Shown here piece by piece: positions 1-9,807 of a stretch of 64,000 nt of DNA; the first letter of the stretch is position 1, and the number at the start of each line of letters is the position of its first letter. The notes below the pieces were generated by a model that did not search any database, had not been told where the DNA came from, and saw only the letters and a list, made by a program, of their open reading frames with translations. A program made the translations under genes and the position numbers. The stretch comes from a virus (lineage: Duplodnaviria > Caudoviricetes). Location of the stretch: IMG/VR virus record IMGVR_UViG_3300034061_004620. One strand, given 5' to 3'.

Positions 1-187
1 CTTTGGTTCTGACTTCAATGGTATCGAATGCTTTTGTAACTCGACCTTTGTCATCCAATTGATACAAGCCATACTCTTCTTCGGTAATACCAGCACGATT
101 AAAGGCGTCGTCTTCGCTGTACCCACCATATATGTACCTGTTTACATCATCAAGTTTTTTTTGACTAAATCTTAGCTCTTTTGGCAA
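1..187 (-). CDS. 5' part of a gene running off the left edge (probable baseplate/tail-associated protein)
   Basis: Manual translation from TTG at 187 (AGGAG about 6 nt upstream) gives MPKELRFSQKKLDDVNRYIYGG..., open to the window edge. It follows the gp53-like gene. Confidence 0.5.
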   Translation of the reverse strand, partial: MPKELRFSQKKLDDVNRYIYGGYSEDDAFNRAGITEEEYGLYQLDDKGRVTKAFDTIEVRTK

Positions 188-188
188 A

Positions 189-494
189 TTATACTCCTAA
201 GTCTTGTTGGAGTGTGGCCTTTTTGGGAATGTATATTTGTACTCCGGCGCGGAAGTCAAACAAGGGATCTTTGAGCACATTGGGATTACGCACAGCAAAT
301 ACCCACCATAGCGCACTGTCACCGTACAAGTCCGATGCCAGTATATCTGGTCTGAATTCATATACTTTGTCTATCTCATACAGTACGTCATCTTCTTTTT
401 TGGTTATAGGTCGATTGACCATGACGTCTAAGAAGTTACCAAATGTCCTGGTTTGGGCATACGGACTGCTACTTGAATACGCTACCTTGGCCAT
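189..494 (-). CDS. Baseplate wedge protein, T4 gp53-like (LysM-like fold)
   Basis: Motif RPDILASDLYGDSALWWVFAVRN...G..IYIP is typical of gp53/LysM baseplate proteins. Overlaps the upstream baseplate gene. Confidence 0.75.
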   Translation of the reverse strand: MAKVAYSSSSPYAQTRTFGNFLDVMVNRPITKKEDDVLYEIDKVYEFRPDILASDLYGDSALWWVFAVRNPNVLKDPLFDFRAGVQIYIPKKATLQQDLGV

Positions 495-1393
495 TAGAGC
501 ATTCCTTTGGTAATCATGTCGCCTCTTGCAAATGCAGCAAAATCAAATTCTCTTTGCTTGGTACGACTAAACACCGGCTGCAATGTAATAGAAATTGTGC
601 TTACCAAAGGAAGTCGTGTTTTTGCAGGTAATTCTGCTGTTTCTGTTGTTATTGTGCCTGCACCAGTTTTGGTGGTAGGCAGTTTTGTTGCGGCGTCAAT
701 TGTGGTTTTTGTGGTGGTCTTGCTTTGATAAGTCATTTCAAGATAATCAACGTCGTTTGGCATGGTGTGTGAAAATTGAGTAAGTAGGCAAGGTACATGG
801 GGTAAATAATGAGCACCAAATCCATCTAAATACAAGATGGGTGGCGGAGATCCTTGATAAATTCCAGAATTTCCGTAAAACATTTTTGTAGCAGCTCTAA
901 AGAAATAAAGTACACCCAAAAGATACTGTGCATCAAATTCGTTTTGTACAGAAAATTCACCGTTTATTTGAATTGCCTGCACTTCGCTGGCTTCATAAAA
1001 ATAATTTGTGTAGTTTGAGTGTGTAAGTGGCTGTGATCCATATCTTGCTTGGTACGCCACAGTAACTTGAGGAACGTAAGGAAAAATGACTCCATCTGTA
1101 TCTTTAAGCAAAGACATCACGCCAGGGTTCGGATCTCTATATAATATTTTTGCAGTGGGTGCCACGCTAATTCTAACACGCCATTCTTCGCCAGATCTAT
1201 CAAAACCAACGGTGGGTGCTTGGGTCGCAGACATTCCAGCTGTTCGTGCTGTCCCGTCAGCTTGTAATCCGGCTTTCATTAGTCTTGAATCTTTTGGATC
1301 TCCTGAACCCGAAACTGCTGTTGATACTTGTTGGTTGCTGGGTATCGTAGGAGTTGCAAATATTCCCACTTTTGAATCTTCTACTACAGGCAT
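494..1393 (-). CDS. Baseplate tube-fold protein (gp48/gp54-like)
   Basis: GVIFPYVP, IQINGEF, PPPILYL and DVDY motifs. Coupled to the gp53-like gene and preceded by a late-promoter motif. Confidence 0.6.
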   Translation of the reverse strand: MPVVEDSKVGIFATPTIPSNQQVSTAVSGSGDPKDSRLMKAGLQADGTARTAGMSATQAPTVGFDRSGEEWRVRISVAPTAKILYRDPNPGVMSLLKDTDGVIFPYVPQVTVAYQARYGSQPLTHSNYTNYFYEASEVQAIQINGEFSVQNEFDAQYLLGVLYFFRAATKMFYGNSGIYQGSPPPILYLDGFGAHYLPHVPCLLTQFSHTMPNDVDYLEMTYQSKTTTKTTIDAATKLPTTKTGAGTITTETAELPAKTRLPLVSTISITLQPVFSRTKQREFDFAAFARGDMITKGML

Positions 1394-1417
1394 ATAATTT
1401 TCCTCTTGCTTTTTTAT

Positions 1418-1425
1418 TATTTATT
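1418..1425 (-). promoter_or_regulatory. Late promoter (AATAAATA)
   Basis: NNTAAATA motif upstream of the minus-strand baseplate genes, with a GAGGA RBS at 1401-1405. Confidence 0.55.
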
Positions 1426-1457
1426 TGCTAAATTAACAGCGTATTTTAAGGAATTTA

Positions 1458-2330
1458 ATGAAACACAACTATCTAAATAACCGTGATATTCTTAAAGAAA
1501 TTCACAAAAGTAAACTTACCTACTGTAGTTTTTCGTTGCCCGAAGATGGTGATTACGATATCATACTACCAAGTATAGACAAAATAAACAAAAAAAACAT
1601 CACAGAAGGACGCAAACTACGAGCAGAACGACTGGCCAGAGCAGCATATGATGCGGCGCAGGCCGTTTCAACTGAAAAATTAAAACTTGAAAATTTTGCT
1701 ATAAAACCCAGCAAGATCGCCGACACAGATGTGGTATTTAGAATAATGACCTGGAGTCATGTTCCGCAAGACACATCTAAAAAGAAAAAAGTCATTGATG
1801 ATGAGGAAAATGTGCTTACTGAGTATGACGATCAGTCGGCAGATTCTGCTCCTGCCAAATATGTCAAATGTAATTTTCCTCCTTTTCAACATTATAAAAT
1901 TAACAGCGACGGTAGTACATATTGTGTAGGTAAAAGTCACTGGACAGGTGATTTAGAAAAAGGGCAGTTCTGTAAAGAGCACGGAACAATGACTAAAAAA
2001 TTAGCTCATATGTTTATGAAACTGTGCGAACGTTATGCTACACGTAGCAACTGGCGCGGCTACACTTACAACGATGAAATGCGTAGTCAAGCATTGCTTC
2101 AACTCTCTCAGATAGGACTACAATTTGATGAAAGCAAATCACAAAATCCTTTTGCTTATTATACTGCTGCTATCACTAATTCCTTTACTCGAGTCCTTAA
2201 CATCGAAAAGCGGAATCAAAATCTTAGAGATGATATTTTGGAAATGAACGGCCTTACTCCAAGTTATACCAGACAAGGTATGGGATCTTGGGGAGGTAAT
2301 CCACAATCTGGCGATTATAGCGACGATTAA
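1458..2330 (+). CDS. gp55: Late-transcription sigma factor, T4 gp55-like
   Basis: N-terminal YLNNRDIL and C-terminal NWRGYTYNDEMRSQALLQ...FDESKSQNPFAYYTAAITNSFTRVLNIEKR match gp55 region 2. Confidence 0.85.
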   Translation: MKHNYLNNRDILKEIHKSKLTYCSFSLPEDGDYDIILPSIDKINKKNITEGRKLRAERLARAAYDAAQAVSTEKLKLENFAIKPSKIADTDVVFRIMTWSHVPQDTSKKKKVIDDEENVLTEYDDQSADSAPAKYVKCNFPPFQHYKINSDGSTYCVGKSHWTGDLEKGQFCKEHGTMTKKLAHMFMKLCERYATRSNWRGYTYNDEMRSQALLQLSQIGLQFDESKSQNPFAYYTAAITNSFTRVLNIEKRNQNLRDDILEMNGLTPSYTRQGMGSWGGNPQSGDYSDD

Positions 2331-2332
2331 GT

Positions 2333-2362
2333 TTGACTTTACTGTTTAGAAAATAGTAAAAT
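2333..2362 (+). promoter_or_regulatory. Sigma70-like promoter TTGACT-N18-TAAAAT
   Basis: -35 at 2333-2338 and -10 at 2357-2362. The gp47 ATG is 6 nt downstream. Confidence 0.6.
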
Positions 2363-2368
2363 AATACG

Positions 2369-3388
2369 ATGAGTAATCTATTTAAACGAGCAGCAGTCTG
2401 CACAGATATACACTTTGGACTAAAAAGCAACAGTCAGACACACAATGAAGATTGCTTAAACTTCATAAAATGGTTTACAGCCAAAGCCAAAGAGGAAGGT
2501 TGTGAAACAGCTTTCTTTCTTGGTGACTGGCATAACAATCGTGCCAGTATCAATATTGTTACTCTTAACTATAGCCTTAGAGCTTTGGAGCATTTAAATG
2601 ACAATTTTGGCGCTGTTTATTTTATCCCTGGCAATCACGATCTTTATTATCGTGACCGACGTGATGTCCAAAGTGTTGAATGGGCACGGCACTTGCCTAA
2701 CATTCATATATGTAACGATTGGTATCATAGCGGCGACGTGGTTATTGCTCCTTGGCTCGTTGGTGATGATTATAAGCGGATTCCTAAGCTGAGTGCCAAG
2801 TACATGTTTGGACATTTTGAATTACCAACATTCTACATGAATGCAATGGTGCAGATGCCCGATCATGGCGATGTCAAGCGAGAAGACTTTACTGGCATTG
2901 AACATGTATTCACCGGACACTTCCATAAAAGACAGACACAAAAGAATATTACATACATCGGTAACTGTTTCCCGCACAACTATGCAGACAATCACGACGA
3001 TGAACGTGGCATGATGGTGCTGGAGTGGGGCAACGATCCAGTGTACCATTCCTGGCCCGATCAACCCAGATATCGTGTGTATCAACTAAGCGATGTGCTT
3101 ACTAATACAGATAGACTATTGCACAAGGGCATGCATGTGCGTGTGAATCTTGATGTAGACATTAGTTACGAAGAAGCAACCTTTATTAAAGAAACATTTG
3201 TTAGTACCTACGACCTTAGAGAAATTACACTTATTCCTCAAAAAGTAACAAACGAAGATATTAACTACGATATTACAGGAAACATAATGTTTGAAAGTGT
3301 AGACACTATTGTTACCAATCAGCTTACAAATATACAAAGCGAACAGTACAATGCCAAATTGCTAATGGATATATATAAAAATTTATAA
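2369..3388 (+). CDS. gp47: Recombination endonuclease subunit (SbcD/Mre11 family, T4 gp47)
   Basis: Metallophosphoesterase motifs DIH, GDWH, GNHD, GHF and GHFH. Confidence 0.92.
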   Translation: MSNLFKRAAVCTDIHFGLKSNSQTHNEDCLNFIKWFTAKAKEEGCETAFFLGDWHNNRASINIVTLNYSLRALEHLNDNFGAVYFIPGNHDLYYRDRRDVQSVEWARHLPNIHICNDWYHSGDVVIAPWLVGDDYKRIPKLSAKYMFGHFELPTFYMNAMVQMPDHGDVKREDFTGIEHVFTGHFHKRQTQKNITYIGNCFPHNYADNHDDERGMMVLEWGNDPVYHSWPDQPRYRVYQLSDVLTNTDRLLHKGMHVRVNLDVDISYEEATFIKETFVSTYDLREITLIPQKVTNEDINYDITGNIMFESVDTIVTNQLTNIQSEQYNAKLLMDIYKNL

Positions 3389-4926
3389 TGATTAATTTAT
3401 CAAAACATTCAGAATATGGTGATCATTGGTTATATGATAGTTTGGAAGGTTTTAAACAAGAAGAAATATCAGCTAATTTTAAATTAAAGGTATTTTACAC
3501 TTCAGATAATTTTAACAACAACGACTCAATTGGCTTAACGCTTTGGAAATTTTATGAATATATATCAATTATTGACTTTCCGTGTTTTTTTATTCATTTA
3601 TATACCAACAAGTCAGATATAAGTAATGATCTAAAATTTTTAAAGAATACGTTCACTCCTAACGATGTAGACATTAACTTACATAGTATTAGCGGGTCTT
3701 TTAATAAAATATTTAAGAATAAAGATTCATTTTGTATTTTACCATGGATAAGTTTACATATTAACGCTCAGGGACTCGTAGGACCTTGCTGTCAATTTAA
3801 CGAACATTATCCTTTAGGAAATGTAAAAAATGATAATTTACTTGACATCGTTAACAGTGCCAAATTAAAAGAAGTTAGAAAACAAATGTTATCTCAGCAG
3901 AGGCCTAACATTTGTAGTAATTGTTGGGTACAGGAAGACAACAATGCTGTTTCTTTGCGTCAAACAAGTAATCAGGTGTTTAGTAAATACCTTCCTTTTA
4001 AAGAAAATACTAATACAGATGGTTCTATAGATAGTTTTAAATTAAAGTACATTGATTTTCGAGCATCTAATATATGTAACATGAAATGTAGAATGTGCGG
4101 AGGCAATTATAGTTCAAAAATAGCACAAGAAGATCTTATACTATATCCAAACATTACAATTAATAAAAATTTTATAGAAAATAAACTAAACAAACAATCA
4201 ATAAAAAATGTTCTTATCTTCATTGAAAACAACATTGACGAATTAGATACTATATATTTTGCTGGCGGCGAACCATTGATAATGTATGAACATTATAAAA
4301 TTTTAGATTTATTACTTGAACATAATAAACATGATTTAGACATTAGTTACAATTCAAATTTATCAACATTAAAATTTAAAAACTACAATTTATTAGATTA
4401 TTGGCAAAAGTTTACAAATATTACCCTACACGCAAGTATTGATTTGATAGGCGATCGGGCTTCTTATGTACGCTCGGGAGTAAATTATGATACCATTGAA
4501 AACAATTACAACTTAATTAAACACTTAGTTGATTTTAAAATTGATAGCACTTTAACAATTTATAATGCATTTAATTTAATGGACTTACAACAGTATTGGA
4601 TAACAACATACAATATTTCTCCCACGAAATTTAACATAAGATTATCGATGCTGCCCCCGTATGTAATGTCATGCCAAGTATTACCTGATCATTTTAAACA
4701 ACAAGTCACAGAAAAAATAAAAAATCATATAAATTGGTTAGAACAAATAGTTGATAGTAATTCTCTTATACAAAGATGGCACGATGTGTTACAATTTTTA
4801 AATGCTAAAGATCAAAGTCATTTACTTAAAGAATTTTTTAAATTAAATGACACAAAGGATGCGTATAGAAATGAAAAATTTACTGACATTTTTCCAGAAT
4901 ATAAAGACTTAAAAAAATATGTTTAA
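3388..4926 (+). CDS. Radical SAM protein with an N-terminal SPASM/twitch-like Cys domain
   Basis: CNMKCRMC (CX3CX2C), YFAGGEPL, and upstream FCILPW...PCC...CSNCW. Visibly AT-rich. Confidence 0.85.
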   Translation: MINLSKHSEYGDHWLYDSLEGFKQEEISANFKLKVFYTSDNFNNNDSIGLTLWKFYEYISIIDFPCFFIHLYTNKSDISNDLKFLKNTFTPNDVDINLHSISGSFNKIFKNKDSFCILPWISLHINAQGLVGPCCQFNEHYPLGNVKNDNLLDIVNSAKLKEVRKQMLSQQRPNICSNCWVQEDNNAVSLRQTSNQVFSKYLPFKENTNTDGSIDSFKLKYIDFRASNICNMKCRMCGGNYSSKIAQEDLILYPNITINKNFIENKLNKQSIKNVLIFIENNIDELDTIYFAGGEPLIMYEHYKILDLLLEHNKHDLDISYNSNLSTLKFKNYNLLDYWQKFTNITLHASIDLIGDRASYVRSGVNYDTIENNYNLIKHLVDFKIDSTLTIYNAFNLMDLQQYWITTYNISPTKFNIRLSMLPPYVMSCQVLPDHFKQQVTEKIKNHINWLEQIVDSNSLIQRWHDVLQFLNAKDQSHLLKEFFKLNDTKDAYRNEKFTDIFPEYKDLKKYV

Positions 4927-6688
4927 GATTAAAACACTCGCAGTTAAAAATTTTATGAGCGTGGGCAATGCTACCCAGGCTGTTCAGTTTGATCGCAAGG
5001 ATCTTACTCTTGTATTGGGGCAAAATTTAGATCTTGGCGGAGATGACACGGGAGCAAGAAATGGAACTGGCAAAACAACCATTATCAATGCACTCAGCTA
5101 TGCGCTATATGGTTCAGCTTTAACCAACATTAAAAAAGATAATCTTATCAACAAAACAAATGGTAAGAACATGTTGGTTACCATTGAATTTGAAAAAGAT
5201 GGTATTGATTACAAGATTGAACGCGGTCGTAAATCAAACACAATGGCTTTTTATGTAGGCGGACAAGAGCAGCAGATTACAGACGAAAGTCAAGGGGATA
5301 GTAGAGAAACACAAGCAGAGATTGAACGCATGCTGGGTATGAGCCACGACATGTTCAAACATATTGTGGCACTTAATACCTATACCGAGCCTTTCCTTGC
5401 ACTGAAAGCAAACGATCAAAGAGCTATCATTGAGCAGCTACTTGGTATCACTATGCTTAGTGAAAAAGCAGATTCTCTTAAGGAACAATTAAAAGCAACC
5501 AAAGATACCATAACACAAGAAGAATATCGTATTAAAGCAGTTACAGATGCTAACGCTCGAATACAAGAACAAATTGAAGCTACACGCCGTAGACAAACCA
5601 TGTGGCGTACAAAAAACACCAATGACTTGTTAGAACTTGAAAGAGCGTTGAGTGTCATTGGCGATTTGGATATTGATCAAGAACTACGTAATCATGATTT
5701 ACTCAATGAACACAATGAAAAAACAAATAAAATAAGAGAGATATCTCGTTGGCGAATAGCTTGTGAAACTGACCAAGTAAAACTATTAGTACAATTAGAC
5801 AAATTAAAAGCAGAAATAGAAAAACTTAAAAAACACGAGTGCTATGCTTGCGGGCAAGCAATACATGATACCAAGCATGAACAGGTCTTAGAAGAAAAAC
5901 GAAATACACTTAAAGAAACTTCTTTGCAGTATCTTGCTAATGACGAACAACTACACGCACACATTGAAGCTATTAATCTATTAGGCGAACCGGGATTGAT
6001 ACCAAAAGTTTTTTACGACAATAAAGAAGATGCTATTAATCATAAAAATACTGTAGCAAATTTAAAACAACAACTAACAACAAAACAGAACGAGGTAGAT
6101 CCGTATGCAGAACAGATTCAAGAAATGGAAACGCAGGCTGTTGAAGAAATTAATTATGACTTAATCAATGAGCTGTCTAATGTTCGCGAGCACCAAGAAT
6201 TTTTATTAAAGTTATTAACCAACAAAGACAGTTTTATTCGCAAACGTATCATTGATCAAAATTTAAGTTATCTTAATGCAAGACTCAGCCAATATCTTGA
6301 TCGCATTGGGTTGCCGCATACTGTCAAGTTCCAAAATGATCTTACAGTGAGTATCGAAGAGTTGGGCCGTGAACTTGATTTTGATAATTTGAGTCGAGGA
6401 GAACGTAATAGGCTTATTTTAAGTTTATCATGGGCTTTTAGAGACGTTTGGGAAAGTTTATATCAACCAATCAATCTCTTGTTTATAGACGAAGTAATTG
6501 ATACTGGTATGGACAGTTCAGGTGTAGAAAACAGTTTGGCTATTCTAAAGAAAATGGCCAGAGAAGGTAATCGTAGCGTGTGGTTAGTCAGTCACAAAGA
6601 CGAACTGGCCGGTCGCGTGAACAACGTGCTAAGTGTTGTTAAAGAAAATGGATTTACCAGTTATAATACAGATGTTGATATAAAATAA
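4919..6688 (+). CDS. gp46: Recombination ATPase subunit (SbcC/Rad50 family, T4 gp46)
   Basis: Walker A NGTGKT, zinc hook CYAC, signature LSRGE, Walker B LLFIDE, H-loop SHK. Confidence 0.93.
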   Translation: MFKIKTLAVKNFMSVGNATQAVQFDRKDLTLVLGQNLDLGGDDTGARNGTGKTTIINALSYALYGSALTNIKKDNLINKTNGKNMLVTIEFEKDGIDYKIERGRKSNTMAFYVGGQEQQITDESQGDSRETQAEIERMLGMSHDMFKHIVALNTYTEPFLALKANDQRAIIEQLLGITMLSEKADSLKEQLKATKDTITQEEYRIKAVTDANARIQEQIEATRRRQTMWRTKNTNDLLELERALSVIGDLDIDQELRNHDLLNEHNEKTNKIREISRWRIACETDQVKLLVQLDKLKAEIEKLKKHECYACGQAIHDTKHEQVLEEKRNTLKETSLQYLANDEQLHAHIEAINLLGEPGLIPKVFYDNKEDAINHKNTVANLKQQLTTKQNEVDPYAEQIQEMETQAVEEINYDLINELSNVREHQEFLLKLLTNKDSFIRKRIIDQNLSYLNARLSQYLDRIGLPHTVKFQNDLTVSIEELGRELDFDNLSRGERNRLILSLSWAFRDVWESLYQPINLLFIDEVIDTGMDSSGVENSLAILKKMAREGNRSVWLVSHKDELAGRVNNVLSVVKENGFTSYNTDVDIK

Positions 6689-8187
6689 TGTATGCAGTAA
6701 TATTAACCGTTCCAAGAGTGGCAGCATTACGACCGGCAGCGGCTCCGGCAATTATCAAAAGCTTATTCACAAATTTAAATTTAGAAAGTAAAATACTTGA
6801 TATAAATTTAGATTACTTTACAGATTTTAAAAACAGTATTGATACCAATTTGTTTGCACAAGTAGATGAATTCTTATTTGTAAAAAATAAAAATTTAAAT
6901 AGCGAAGGTCAAGCAGTTCTTGACAGTTTTATTGTTAAATGGATAGACACAGTCATTTCTTATAAACCACAAAAATTATTCATTAGTGTGTTCAGCTGGC
7001 AAGCGCAAAAGTTTACAGAAGAATTTTTAAGAAATTTTAGACAAACTTGTGATATTGAAGTTATAATTGGGGGGCAAGGTTTAATTAGAGAAGAAAACGG
7101 AAGTTACAGTACCAGGCCAGAATTTGCTCATTACCTTAAAAAACAAGGCTTAATAGATCATTGGATACGTGGCGAAGCAGAAACTACCATACCCGAGATT
7201 GTCAAAGGCAACTACAACGTTGCAGGAGTTGACACAGATTTTTTGGCAGAACGCAGTGTAGTACAAGATCATACTTATATGGATTTTTCAGATTTTGATA
7301 TTTTAAAATATCAAAGTGGATATGAAACTGGTGTGTTACCCATGGAAACCAGCAGAGGTTGTGTTCGCCATTGTGTGTTTTGTGACATACCCACAATGGC
7401 CGGAGGTTTTAGATTCAAACGCGGAGACCGCTTGGCTGCAGAAATGATTCATTACTATGAAACTTATGGTGTGCGTAACTATTTTTTCCATGACGCTTTA
7501 TGCAACGGCAGTGTGAGAGATTTTAGACAATTTAATCAGGTACTTGTAGATTACTATGCAAAAAATAACTTGCCCGATCGTTATTTGACTTATAGCAGCC
7601 ATGCAATTGTACACAATAGACAAGCAATGAAACCTATAGATTTTGAGTTAATGGGTCGTGCAGGTGCCGAAACTCTTGTGATTGGCGTAGAGACAGGTAG
7701 TGATCGTGTACGCCAACATATGAAAAAAGGTTATGTTGGTGTTGATCTTGATTACAACATGCAACAGTATAGTGCAAACAAAATGCAGGTATACTTGTTG
7801 ATCATTGTGGGTTTTCCTACTGAAACTGATCAAGATTTCCAAGAAACCTTAGACATGTTAACCAAGTATCAACGATATGTGGCAGACGGGACCATAATTG
7901 GTGTAAATCTTGGTACCACATTGACTATTGAACAAGGTACAGAGATGTACAACAAACCTGATACTCTTAAAATTATTGGCATTGACAACAAACATCCGCA
8001 AGGTACTGAATGGATATGTCAAGACAATCCAGAATTAACCTACAAAAAACGTATCATGCGTAGGATACAGGCACAAGAACATGCTGTCAATTTGGGTTAC
8101 ACTTTCTGGAAAGGTGACGATCAAATGAAAATCTTAATGGACAAATATCAAGAACGTTTATCTAAATTGGCCGGAGTAATTCATTGA
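6688..8187 (+). CDS. Cobalamin-binding (class B-like) radical SAM protein
   Basis: N-terminal B12-binding-like pattern (ISVFS...VIIGG...IRGEAE), METSRGCVRHCVFC, IGVETGS, and IVGFPTETDQDF. Confidence 0.85.
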   Translation: MYAVILTVPRVAALRPAAAPAIIKSLFTNLNLESKILDINLDYFTDFKNSIDTNLFAQVDEFLFVKNKNLNSEGQAVLDSFIVKWIDTVISYKPQKLFISVFSWQAQKFTEEFLRNFRQTCDIEVIIGGQGLIREENGSYSTRPEFAHYLKKQGLIDHWIRGEAETTIPEIVKGNYNVAGVDTDFLAERSVVQDHTYMDFSDFDILKYQSGYETGVLPMETSRGCVRHCVFCDIPTMAGGFRFKRGDRLAAEMIHYYETYGVRNYFFHDALCNGSVRDFRQFNQVLVDYYAKNNLPDRYLTYSSHAIVHNRQAMKPIDFELMGRAGAETLVIGVETGSDRVRQHMKKGYVGVDLDYNMQQYSANKMQVYLLIIVGFPTETDQDFQETLDMLTKYQRYVADGTIIGVNLGTTLTIEQGTEMYNKPDTLKIIGIDNKHPQGTEWICQDNPELTYKKRIMRRIQAQEHAVNLGYTFWKGDDQMKILMDKYQERLSKLAGVIH

Positions 8188-8699
8188 AATTAGATATCAA
8201 TTTCGTGGTAGAAAGAAGATTGGGTGTACCACAAATAAAAATTATCATTGACGATTACATAACCTTATACAACGGCGACACACTTGATAATTATGAATTT
8301 GATATAGATTTAACCAATGGTGGTCATGATTTAAAAATTATTCATTACGATAAAAAACCCGAACATCATGTACATGATCCATATGGTAATATTGTTATAG
8401 ACCGGCATATTGAAATAAAACGTATTGCATTTGATCAAGTTGATTTAGAACAAGAATTATGGGACGGAAAATTTTACCCGGTATACATGCACCGAGCAGA
8501 CAATGAACCGTACTATATTTGTCCTAATTTATACCTTGGTCACAACGGTACCTGGAAGTACGAATTTGTTACTCCGATACTACCGTGGCTGATTGCCAGT
8601 AGAAATCAAGGGCCCAAGTTGGCTAATACGATTTTTCAAACCAACGCCAGCATACTTGAACAAGCCAAGAACTTTTTTAAAGATTTACCTGATGTTTGA
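8184..8699 (+). CDS. Hypothetical protein coupled between radical SAM genes
   Basis: 171-aa ORF whose start and stop overlap both neighbours. Confidence 0.65.
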   Translation: MKLDINFVVERRLGVPQIKIIIDDYITLYNGDTLDNYEFDIDLTNGGHDLKIIHYDKKPEHHVHDPYGNIVIDRHIEIKRIAFDQVDLEQELWDGKFYPVYMHRADNEPYYICPNLYLGHNGTWKYEFVTPILPWLIASRNQGPKLANTIFQTNASILEQAKNFFKDLPDV

Positions 8700-9807
8700 T
8701 TACAAAAAAATTAAAGAGTACCAATTAGAAATCACGACATACTGTAATGCTGCATGTCCGCAATGTCCTCGAAATATTCAGGGTGGTGCTATAAATCCTC
8801 ACATGCCACTATTACATCTAAGTAGAGAATCAATTGACGTCACTTTTGATGTTGATCTATGCAATCACGTAGAACGTATATTTTTTTGTGGTAGTTATGG
8901 CGATCCTATAATGCACCCGGATTTCTTAGACATTCTACAAGATTTTAGAAATAAAAATCCCACGTTGTGGTTATATATACACACCAACGGCGGGGTGCAT
9001 GATGAAGCTTATTGGCAAGAAATAGCCACAATAATGAATGGGTATGGCCAGATTGATTTTGGCTTCGACGGCTTAGAAGATACTTTACATCTGTACAGAC
9101 GTAACGTAAAATATGCTGTTGCTATGCGTAATGCTCGTGCATTTATCAAAGCAGGAGGTAGAGCGCAATGGAATTACATTGTGTTTAAACACAACGAACA
9201 TCAGGTCGAACAGGCAAAATCATTAAGCCAAGACTACGGATTTTTTAATTTCTTGCCAAGAAGGACCGGACGTTTTTATGATCATACCAATGAGTGCGCC
9301 TATCTAAATTGGCCTGTACATGATCGAGCCGGGCACACTGAATATGTATTAGAAGAACCTGTAAGCGAGCAATGGCGCAACCCAAGTGTACAAAGAATAG
9401 CAGTGATTAAAAAGATGCACGGCAGTTTTAAAGAATATCTAAAAACAACACCAATACGATGCGATGCACTATTAGGTAATAAAGTTGTAATCACAGCCGA
9501 AGGGTTGGTATTGCCTTGCAACTTTTTTGAACACAATCTGTATGATGCAAGATTTTACAGCTTCGCTCGACCTGGAGCCAATCAAGCAAGTTTTACTGCC
9601 ACTGGTAAAGTACAAGTTAAAGAATTTGTCGATCAATATAAAAATGAATTAGATATAAACAAAAAATATCTGTCAGACATTTTTAAAAGTCATTTTTGGC
9701 GCGACTTAGTTGACAGTTGGACAGATAATAATAGAATAATGGAATGTGCTATGACATGTGGCGAAAAGTTTACTAAAGTATGGGATCAAGGAGGATCTAT
9801 TAGATGA
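8692..9807 (+). CDS. Radical SAM protein with C-terminal twitch/SPASM-like Cys residues
   Basis: LEITTYCNAACPQC, GSYGDP, and C-terminal C...PC...CAMTC. Start moved to ATG 8692 (MFDYKK), which overlaps the upstream stop. Confidence 0.85.
   Translation: MFDYKKIKEYQLEITTYCNAACPQCPRNIQGGAINPHMPLLHLSRESIDVTFDVDLCNHVERIFFCGSYGDPIMHPDFLDILQDFRNKNPTLWLYIHTNGGVHDEAYWQEIATIMNGYGQIDFGFDGLEDTLHLYRRNVKYAVAMRNARAFIKAGGRAQWNYIVFKHNEHQVEQAKSLSQDYGFFNFLPRRTGRFYDHTNECAYLNWPVHDRAGHTEYVLEEPVSEQWRNPSVQRIAVIKKMHGSFKEYLKTTPIRCDALLGNKVVITAEGLVLPCNFFEHNLYDARFYSFARPGANQASFTATGKVQVKEFVDQYKNELDINKKYLSDIFKSHFWRDLVDSWTDNNRIMECAMTCGEKFTKVWDQGGSIR

Noticed and set aside
181-728. Plus-strand ORFs 181-513, 443-631 and 507-728
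   Set aside because: Antisense to well-supported baseplate genes.
8593-8691. Upstream extension of the third radical SAM ORF, and likewise the extensions at 52529, 61557, 62627 and 21313
   Set aside because: Downstream ATGs with stop/start overlaps or strong RBS fit better.
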